Shown: positions 51,598 to 61,738 of the stretch, in pieces | Layout: every line of letters starts with the position of its first letter | Position numbering within the stretch: the first letter of the stretch is position 1 | NCBI GenBank assembly: GCA_046563655.1 | Contig: CM102290.1 | Coordinates: forward strand, 2,170,001 to 2,234,000 | DNA: 64,000 bases | Direction of reading: 5' to 3' | From: Yuukianura sp. NJ FZ-2021 | Taxonomy: Eukaryota | Position numbers and translations under genes: made by a program | The notes under the pieces: model-generated | The model's database searches: none | The model's input: only the letters and a program-made list of their open reading frames with translations | What the model was told of the DNA's origin: nothing

Positions 51598-54500
51598 ATT
51601 CTTTCAACAGCATGGGAGCGGGGGGTTGGTGGAAAAGCTTATGGATTGCAGGAACGAGAGCGGATGGAAAGTGCCGAGCTATGACTCAAAGTAGTTTCAT
51701 TTTGTCTATTTTGGGATTTATTCAGGAGAAAAACTCCCAAGGATTATTCGAATTAGAGAATACTGTGCAAGGGGAAAGGGGGTTAAGGGGGTATATGCTC
51801 CTTTGAGAGTCATCCACTCGGAAATTACTTACCCCGCCCCCTAACGTAACATAAATCCGTGTATAAGGTAACCTTAGCAGTAGTGTAAGCGTCACGGAGT
51901 GAAGGTCATCCTAGATAGAGTTGCATTTTATTAGGTTAGAATCTCCGGGTTTACAACCTTTCCCATTTCTTGTTCACTGAGTTTTTACAGGATGTACCCA
52001 AAGATTGAGGTGAAAGTTTTTAGTTTCCTTGTGGCGTAAAAGTTTGTGAAGATGGGAAGGTTTGTGAGTCAGACAGTACCCAAGTCTCCGCACATCATCA
52101 TTGCATTCCATTAAGGTTGAGGCTGAGCGTAGCTATTGCATTAGGAAGATGATTCCCACTGGAGAAAGGTAGTTCCGCACCTTTTCTTTCTTGTTCTTCC
52201 TCCTCAAAATTTTGGCTGATGCCTTCTGGCTCTGAGAGGCTCATGGTTGAGGAACAACAGGGCCTCAGAACCCAGAAAGCCAGAAAGCCTCTTGCGATGC
52301 TCTGGTTACTGGATGCTTGTGGACGGAAATTTACGAATTGGTGAATAGTAGACCTACCAAACCGAACAGATAGACAGCAATTGTGGTGGAATTTGCTGGG
52401 AAAAAGTTTATAACATGTTGCGTTTGATAAAGCTACTAGATGAATGTGCTAATAGTACAAATGTATTTATATATTTCGGTCGAAGCTGTGCATTACGTTC
52501 CATTCAAAAGTGTCCCGTAACAAATTGAGGCATTCGGTCACGGTTTGATAGCCAAGGATAAGGCGAAGTGAAGCCTACTTTCTCCTGGCCACACTTCATG
52601 CCTTTCAATTTTTATTTTCTGTTGGGGGATTCCCGCAGCTGGACTTTAGTTTTTTTTTTAGATTTTAACTAGAAAAGAAGAAAAGTTAAAAAAAATCAAA
52701 ACACTTTAAGAAAAAGTAGAAGAGGAACAAAAAACAAATATTTGTTTCTCGTTATGATGGTCCAGCTCTTTTGAATTTATACTGAAGCAGGCACAAAATT
52801 CAAAAGTAGATTTGGAATCAAAACTTTCCAAATTTTTGTATCATAAATTAAATTTTAGCAAGACGGGAGAGTGGTTACAAAGTTGAGAATTAGTTAGAGT
52901 TTGTGCTTAGTTTGGTGTTGATGAGTATAATTTTTAAATGTGTTGGGATTCAAAAGTTTGCCCAAAATGGATTCTTTTGTTTTCCTTATGGAATTTCGTA
53001 CACTGAGTATTTTTGACTCAGAAAAGCCCTTTTCTCTTTCTTTCGACCGCACATTACTAAATCAAAGGCTGGATCTGAGCCAGTTCCAGAAGCAATCTTT
53101 CAAAAATGCTTTGCAGATCAATCAATTCCTAAGTCTCCTCATCCCTCACTCGTTAAATCACAATTACTCAATTTCTGTCTTATCTAAAACCTCTAGAGAC
53201 TTTCCAAATCTACTCAAAAACCTAACTTATGTCTTGTTTGTGATCGACCATTGGATTTCCTCATTTTCATATTTCCAAATCTGCTTTGATTTCAAAAAAA
53301 GCCAAAAAAATGAAAATTTCTCCCAAAAATTGAAGTCTCTTTTTGAGCAGGATAATAACGGAACCAAAACTATTTTTAAAAAAATGAAACTAGGATTATG
53401 CATAACAATCAAATGCGCAAACTTCGGCAACTTTTTTCCCGTTTTTGTTTGGTTAAGAAGTATATGAGTCGTTTATTTGAAGTTTTCCTCTGGTCATGTT
53501 GTTAGGCCGTTTAACGTTTGGGCGGGAACTCTATTTTTGAAAAGCTCCACTAAAGTATTATTGATATGGTCATGGAATCGGAAAAGAAGTTTTTCAGTGG
53601 GCCAAAAACGAGTTTTTTTTTCGTTAGGCCAAAAAAGCGTTTTTTTTGCGGTAGTGGGACTTTCTCCTGCGCATACGAGTGGAGTGAAAGGTTTTTGAGC
53701 GCTCATCCCTCTCTGTTGGCCCGTAGGAGACGTAAGGCTTTCGGTTAGGTTTTTGTGGAGGAGGGAAAGTCTGAAAACCGTGGGAGTGCATCGAGGAATG
53801 CAGAGAATTGTGGATGAGCCGCTCAAATCGTCTTGGGTTGAGACGTAAGTTGGTAGGGTCGAACGTTAGTGTCTCCTGTACTCAAAATGTCTCATCCAGA
53901 AAGAGAGTCTAATCTGGGGAGGCGTTGAATTTAGAAGTCTAAATTCGAGGCAAGTGGAGAAGTGACATCGTTTCTGAGACAAGGAAAAGCATTAGGCCCC
54001 TTGCTTTCACCGTACGTTAGATTAACCTAACCTAACCTTTAGGAGGCAGAAGGAGGGGCGGTGGGAGGTAGAAAGTGGATGGAGTACTACAGGAGAAGAG
54101 AGAAAAGTTGTGAGGCCGTAGTGGTCGTTGTGGTTGGAATTCCGTCGGATTACACTAAAGCCGCTTTCGTCATGAACCTAACCCTACTGTAGTGTGAAAG
54201 TGTAAAGTGTGTAACTTGAGATTCAGAACATTACGTGTGAAAACCTCAAAGAGTGTAATTTTATACGGCGGGATACGCATTTCAACGAGGAGGTCAAGAG
54301 GTTATCAGAAGAAATCAGAGACAATGGTCACGTGAAAACGTTGTGTGAGAAGGGAGTTGGCAGATTGTCTCCGGATCACGGTCCTGCAAATTGAATTTTT
54401 TTTAGAAAAAGAAAATTTCCCGCGGGAAATTTTTGTTCTTTTTAAATTTTCATGCGACTTATCCGGTTTAGTGTTTTTTGAGAATAGTAAGGAGAAAGGC

Positions 54501-57500
54501 GGTTACTTTTCGTGAAGGGGGATAACACGAAACGATTCAATTAAGATTGTAAAGTGGTATAATGAAAGGGGTTCTCTGGGAGTCTGAGAACTTAAGTTTC
54601 AAAAAAGCGGGTAAAAAATAGTACCTATTCAAATTTTTAAGTTTTTAAGACTGTTCTAAACAGAAATGGAAAAGAGGATTAGTATAGAAGACAGGGTTTG
54701 ACACGTGTAAAAAGAAAGTAGAAATGAGGTTTGGTTGAGGAAATCTGAGGAAAGAGAAAGTGAAGGCTAGTGGATCTTTTGGATTTGCATTTATATTCAT
54801 GCAGCATTTGGTGGGTCTAGCGGTGGGTACTTTTTGGTGGAGCCAAAGTTTGTTCAGGTGACTCCTAAAGGAAAAAAGACGAATTGAGAGACGAGCCGTG
54901 AATAATGGAAATGTCCCACCACTTCTTCCTCTAATCAGCCATCGACCCCATTCACACAGCAGTCCACTTTCTCCCTCATCCAAACAGTTTTTTCTTGGTC
55001 TAAAAAGGATTTTTTAAAAAAATGAAAAAAGCGAAGCCAGGTGAAAATTTTTCTAGTTCTGGGGGGATTATTTCACCAGACCAATTTATCTTTAGCACGA
55101 AGAGTTTAAAAGAAAGAAAAATTGGGAAAGCTATCTGCACCGGAATAATTTGAATCTAACATTAAATCTTCCAAAGGTCTCGCTGAAGTTTTATCTCCTT
55201 TTTTTAATCGTGAAATTTTGAAGGTTATGGGAAATAGGGAATTATTAGTACGGCAAGTTCAAAAACACGCTCTGCTTAGGTCACCTCCATTTTATAAAAT
55301 GAAGGAAGAATTTAAAATTCACAAAGAAATTGGGCCATTTATTTTTTAAAAAAGCAGGGCAGGGAAAGCTGCTGTGATTGAGTTGAATTCTCAAAAATTC
55401 TTTCGCCCACTTTTTTCCCTTGCCTCATGTCTGCCTTTTGAACGTACTAGTGAACGTTATGCTCTTAATTATCCATCTCTTGCTATACGATGTTCTAACT
55501 TATTCAAACTCTTTCGCCTCAATCAATAAGCCTACAACGTTTTCTCCCTTTTTTTCTCATTTTAACCTAAAAACACAAATTAGAGCTTACACAAAATCTA
55601 GGTTTAACTAAAAGCAAGTCTTTGGCCTTAACGTCAATATTTCCTCTCAATCCAAAGTAAAAAATTGCTCAGTTTGTAAATTAGTTACCTGGTTTTACAA
55701 TATTTTTTTAACGTCGGGTTAGGCTAATTTTGACTAAACTTTGTGAAACTGAGGTTACTAAGCATGTTGCTGAAACTGTAACTTTGTGTGGAGGTAGAGG
55801 ATTAATCTTCTGTATTCAGACGCGGAGAAAACAGAGTTGGGCAGATACGATAAGGCTCCTTGAGCTGTGGACGAAACCTTTCAAATCTGTTTTCTCCTTC
55901 CGGAAATCCTTTCAATTGGAACAGAACTTAATTTAAAGTCACCGCCACGAATGGAGGGAACAGCGCAAAACTTAGTTCCATGCCCAACTCTGTAACGAAC
56001 CGTAAATAACTCCAGTGACGGGTTCGTTTAAGCACCTTGAAGCTTAATTCTTCCTCGGTGACTTCTCATTAATTTGTTACATCGTGTCGATCTCACTAGT
56101 TTCAGACTCCGTATTAACTTCGTTTCACTTTTAAAGTTTTTGACAAAAAAAAACAGCTTTTTTTGGAAACCAAAATTATGCTTTGAATGAAAACCAAAGG
56201 AATTTTTTCGTATGAGTTTGACATAAACTTTAAAGTGTTTTTGAATGTTTTTGGAGTGGGTGAAAGTCAAAGATTTCGTTTTTTTTAAACCATCAGTCTT
56301 TACCGACGTTATTTCTAAATTATTATTGAAGAAGTTGTGAGGTAATTAACGGCGTTAATTGAGATTGGCTTTCAAATGTTAACGGAGGTATGAACTTTTC
56401 GAAATTGAGTTTCTGTTTTATGTAGAAGAAAAAAAGTCGTTGTGGAAATTATGTTTTGTAACATGCATGACAAACTAATTGTAAAATGGAGTTGGTCTCT
56501 TGGGATGTCGTCGTTTCCTCATGCCTTTTACTCAGATTACTTCCTCCAAAGTGAATCATTTAATTTAACATGTTCCCGCGTTTCATCATCATGCGATTAA
56601 ACAATATTGGGAAGGTAGGTACGTTCCTGCGTAGTTATTTAGGACCACGTAAGGTGTCGGAGTGGCAGGGTTTGAATTGACTATTCAAATATGATTTTGA
56701 ACTGCCCCGGTTTCTTATTGTGCCTTTTTTTGAATCCGCCGCCGCCTATCCAGCTATACAAAGCAATACAGAAATTGTAGTTTCCGAAATATTTCCAATT
56801 TTTGTATCTAAAACGGGGATTTTTTAGCAGTACAGATTTTTTGTATGTTACAAAGCAAATTCCAATTGAGTGTGCTATGAAGGTAGTGAATGAATTTCTA
56901 TGTTCGGTGCCTTGCACGATCTTATTTTGATAACTGTAAAAAATTTCGGATTTTCTTTTGCTTTTGTAAATTGTGGTTTGTCTAAGTGGGTTGGGACGGC
57001 GTGCCAACCTGACAAGTGACTGGATAAGAATTAATAATTGGAATTTGAGAAATCGAATTTCGACTGAAATGGTTTTTTGTAGATTTTTTTTTTTGGAAAA
57101 GAACAGTTAGTTCAAATAGTGTTTGTTGGGAAGAGTAAATAACTCGGAGGAATAAGGATCTCACTTTCATTTCTGTCAACTTCATTCTGTCAGCCTACGT
57201 CCAAACTGTCAAACTAAAATACCCTTATCTGTCATACACAATAATTTCCATTTCATTTTCGTCTTTTTTGAGAATTTGTTTTCATAATTTTTCAATTTAA
57301 TCCAACATGACTCCATCATGCGGGTGGTAATTACTTTTTGAGAATTGTGGATCAAGGACGATGGCAGACAACTGGACATTGTCATCCAACGGACAACAAA
57401 AAACTAAAAACTTTTGTTGTTACAAAACTTTTTTTATACAAATGCCAAACGACACAAAAGTTTAAGCAATGCAACTCGGGCTAAATTTTTGTTTGTCAGA

Positions 57501-58638
57501 CTTTGTTCAATTTCTATTCGAAATGCTACTTTTTCCTTTTAAACTTTTGAAAAAAAAACACGGAGCAAAATACCACAAGAATGTGCTGGTTAGTTTGTCA
57601 CTTTTTCAATCCCTTTAACACCTTACTTTTTTTCACTTTTTGGTTGTGTTTTTTTTTTGTGTAAGAGGAAATTGATGGAGCCAAAAGTAAAAAGTTTACT
57701 TTTCTTTTCCATAGAATAAATATGACTCTGTAATCCTGGGATGTGAAAGTTTAACTTGTTAAGGAATGGCAGTGAATGCAGAGAAAATGGCAGCAGTTTC
57801 TTTTCTGAACCCTCTACGTCGGTTACATTCGATTGATATTCTTTGCCTAACATTTTTAGACCTAGGTTTGAGTGTCACTCATGCTAACGTTTCGAATTAC
57901 AAAAACCGTTTTTTGACTTTTTTTTTTTGAATTTGAAAGTTCCTGGTAAAAGGAGGAAAACCCAGGGGTCCAGTGGCGTAGCAAGACTAATTACTCGGGA
58001 AGATCCAGACTACAAAGGGGTCCAATAGCCTAATTGATTTACAATATACCATACGATTCGTAAGTAGGCAGAAGTGCATTGGGAGTTAGGCGAAAACTTT
58101 TCGTTGACCTATGACATTTGGAAGAGTAAAACAAAGTGAAAAGTGTGCCTAGAAAGTAGTTAAAGTAGCAGTTGGGGGTGGTTCATTTGAATTCAAGTAC
58201 TTTGTTTGGACGTGATCTACTGGTGAAAGTAGGGTAGTAATAGTCTCTTCCTCTGCTGTTCCCCATTCTGTTTGCATAAGTTAGCAAGTGACTTTTACAA
58301 CAAGTCGTTCATTTCGAACCTACTACCAATTTTAAGAGGTTCTCAACTTGGACTAACTTGGTCTAAACGACTGTTTAGAATCACTTCTGTATCCACTGGA
58401 CCAAGTAAAATTGAATAGGACGTTTAATCCTTGTTCAGTTCAACTGAAAGTGGGCGTGGCTTAGTTTACTAGTCGCTAGATTTGAAAATATAACCAACTA
58501 GGCAATTCGTTCGTACTTACAGGATGATAATATTGACAATAGTAATTCTTGTTATCTGCTGCACTCATGGAGTTTAACCTCCGCTCTTTGTATTTTCGAA
58601 TCCGAGACTCCGATTGTCACTATTAGTGGTACGAAAAG

Positions 58639-58729
58639 CGTACATGAAGTCCTTGTGACTAATTTTTTTCAAAGATCTCTTTGGTCTGGACAAGTCTGTG
58701 TTCTCTTGAGATAGAATGGAATGATTAGG
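58639..58729 (-). repeat. 91-bp perfect inverted copy of zinc-finger gene exon segment 4088-4178
   Basis: Base-by-base reverse complement match CCTAATCATTCC...CTTCATGTACG; translates to the identical peptide PNHSILSQENTDLSRPKRSLKKISHKDFMY. Confidence 0.97.
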
Positions 58730-60319
58730 AGGGTGGCAGTCAACACTGTGTGGGTACAACGGATTTAGGTTTGGTTCACTCACACGAAGAGGACACAGCC
58801 ACCAAAGTTATTATATGAGTGACAATACAGTAAGCCTGTGTCCATCCTCAAGATAAGTGAACCAAACTTGCATTTGTTGTAACCACGCAGTGTAACCACC
58901 GCCGCCATTTTTGTAAACAAATATCCCGCTGAAAGTAAGACTAAAAATAATTTTTTTTTCCGCGAGGTGTGAGAGCTGATGTGAATTTATGAAAAATGAA
59001 GTTGTTGATCGGAAGATTTTCACTTTAAATTCAGAAATCGCACTTATCCAATACAATATCCAATATCCAATTAAAAAATCGAGAAATCGGATTAGTTTGA
59101 GACACCGGTTGTAATTTCAAAGACAGTCCCCACACCAAATTTTGAAAAAAAAATAGAAGTGTTTTTTTTTCTTAAAATTTTGAACATGAGTTTCTTATAA
59201 GAAGGTTACATAGTTTGGAATAAGGTGTACTAATTAAGCTTGGTTTGATGAAAATGCAACTTCTGGCGAAGTTTTGCATTTTGCAACTTGGAGATAGTCT
59301 GTTAACCTTTGTTAACCTTTTTTTTCTTGCGAGAAAAAAAGCTTTAGTAGCAGGAGAAAGTCAGTGAATGTGTTGACGCCTCCTTTGTGTGGAATTGTGA
59401 CCTCAGCAACTTCCCGACAATCTGCCAACAACTTCATTCTCACTAATTCCACTTTTTGGAGGAAGAAAGTGAAAACGTGGAAGCCAAAACAGTGTCAATA
59501 AGACTCCGTTTGACATGACATGACTTCTACTATTTTTATCCCTGGAAAAAGAAAAACACAGATTTTTTCCAAGAAAGAAAGAAATGAAAATGAAACAAGA
59601 AATCAGTGAAACGAAATCAACGAAAAAGTGGCGTAACGCAACAAAGAAAAGTTCAGCTGAGAACTGTGACAAATTTGAAAGAAATGTACATACAAAAGAG
59701 AAACATTGTTGGTTGGAGATGTGACCCGGTCATCAAACGCCGTTGACCTTTGACCTCCATTTTTTTGTTCAACGGCCGAACTGAACTAACTTAAACAATG
59801 TCAACTTCGAGTCAGTTTCATCGTGGGAGACAGCGAACGCGCTACAGATATTTACCAATTACGCTCAAACCGGCAAGTTCTAAACAACAAACTTTGTTTA
59901 AGTTGAAAGTTTGATGAATTTTTAAACATTTTCTCAGAAGGTGAAAGTCTGTTGTACAATATCAAAGACTGAGAAGGTTTTTTTAAAAGAACTTCAAATT
60001 TGATAAACTTTCTTTTTAAAAATTGATTGATGATCCAATTAGTAAATGTAGGGCTATAGATTAGTTAGTGGCAGAGAGTTTGAAAAAATTGGGGAAGATC
60101 GAAAATGACAAGGTTAGAATTGCTCGTGCCGTATGAATATTAAAAGAATGCAATCAAAAGTGTTATAAGAAAGGGCGCCAGTTCTTGAATTTAAAAATCC
60201 GTGCACATCATCACCTTTCTCCAAAGCTCATTGATGAAAAGATTCTGTTCAATTTTTTACTGTCAAAAACGAGACAATTGACTCTTCTGTTCAAACTTCT
60301 TCTGCCTTCACCCTATCAA

Positions 60320-60503
60320 ATAACGAAAGCTACTGAATGCAATAACCCTGTCTGTCTGTCTGTCTGTGCGGCCATTGGCGTCAATTATAAACATAGAGGT
60401 TTATAACCATAGTGGTTCACCATGGTGTGTCCAAGTGAGCAGTTTTTTGCGATTGCAGCGCCATCTTTCGCTACTTAAGTACTACGGTTGGCAACCGTTT
60501 ATT
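60320..60503 (+). mobile_element. DINE-1/HINE-like non-autonomous Helentron, internally deleted (copy 5)
   Basis: CGAAAGCTACT, (GTCT)n, GCAGCGCCATCTTTCGCTACTTA, terminal hairpin ACGGTTG-G-CAACCGT then TTATT. Confidence 0.75.
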
Positions 60504-60688
60504 AGAAATTTTTTGGTAAAAGGAAGTAGAAAGCCTCACGAGATTCAAATAAATTTGGTTTTGCAATCTAGCACATTCCTATGTCCATTGTTAACTGTTA
60601 GATGGTGGAGGCGGAACATATTAGTGTCGAGTGCAGTGACAAAAGCAATGGTTGACCTCTGAGGTCAAAGTGTTAGATTACTTAGGTT

Positions 60689-61738
60689 TAGGGGTCGGAA
60701 TCCGGAACGGGTTTCTTAAAATCCGGATTTCGGATTTTGACGGATTTCTGTGTTAACTCGGAATTGCAGGTTGGAAACACTCGTAGCTAAAACCTTGATG
60801 ATAAATTCGGCGTGTTTATTTTTTGAATCAAATTACTAGTGTTGAAAAAAAATGAAACATTGGCACAACATTAGCACAACATTGGCACAACATTGGCACA
60901 ACATTGGCACAACCTTAGCACAACATTAGCACAACATTGGCACAACATTACAACATTGGTACAACACTGGCACAACATTAGCACAACATTGGCACAACAT
61001 TGGCACAACATTAGCACAACATTGGCACAACATTGGCACAACATTAGCACAACATTGGTACAACATTGGCGCAACATTAGCACAACATTGGCACAACATT
61101 AACACAACATTAGCACAACATTAGCACAAAATTGGCACAACATTGGCACAACATTGGCACAACATTGGCACAACATTAGCACAACATTGGCACAACATTA
61201 ACACAACATTAGCACAACATTAGCACAACATTAGCACAACATTGGCACAACATTACAACATTGGCACAACATTGGCACAACATTGGCACAACATTGGCAC
61301 AACATTGGCACAACATTGGCACAACATTAGCACAACATTGGCACAACATTAGCACAACATTAGCACAACATTGGCACAACAATACAACATTGGCACAACA
61401 TTAGCACAACATTGGCACAACATTACAACATTGGCACAACATTGGCACAACATTGGCACAACATTGGCACAACATTAGCACAACATTGGCACAACATTAG
61501 CACAACATTAGCACAACATTGGCACAACAATACAAAATACGGTATTTTACGAACCCTGAAATTGAGTAAATCTGAGGTTGGCTATTTTTTTTTGATACCA
61601 CACATGCCCTCGAATAAATAGCTCTTGAAATCCGTAGAAATCCGGATTTCAGTATTTAAAAATCCGGATTTTGGATAATCCGAATCCGTCAAAAATCCGG
61701 ATTTGAATCCGGAGCCAAAATCCGGATTCCGACCCTTA
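60689..61738. mobile_element. hAT-type MITE with 8-bp TSD carrying an internal minisatellite
   Basis: TIRs TAGGGGTCGGAATCCGGA / TCCGGATTCCGACCCTTA; CTTAGGTT duplicated at 60681-60688 and 61739-61746; AATCCGGATTT subterminal repeats. Confidence 0.9.
60857..61530 (+). repeat. 11-bp minisatellite ACATT(G/A)GCACA, roughly 60 units
   Basis: Uninterrupted array of ACATTGGCACA/ACATTAGCACA with occasional 8-bp truncated units. Confidence 0.97.

Noticed and set aside
52940..53467. 175-aa ORF as a gene
   Set aside because: Non-ATG start, low-complexity F/K/L-rich ends and no domain; the centre looks like fragment mosaic.
32960..54070. G-rich patches (~32965, ~37365, ~43520, ~47340, ~54050) as a conserved G-quadruplex module
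   Set aside because: No shared flanking homology; may simply follow from the G skew.
25545..55730. Scattered TTAGG/CCTAA-like runs (e.g. ~25547, ~39885, ~54025) as interstitial telomere
   Set aside because: Only 2-3 degenerate units each; no array.
58574..58783. Paralogue or processed pseudogene of the zinc-finger gene
   Set aside because: Identity is confined to exactly 91 bp; flanks are unrelated; no poly(A) or further exons.
60871..61621. ORFs of repeated LAQHWHNISTT / LCQCCANVVLM
   Set aside because: Translation artefacts of the 11-bp minisatellite.
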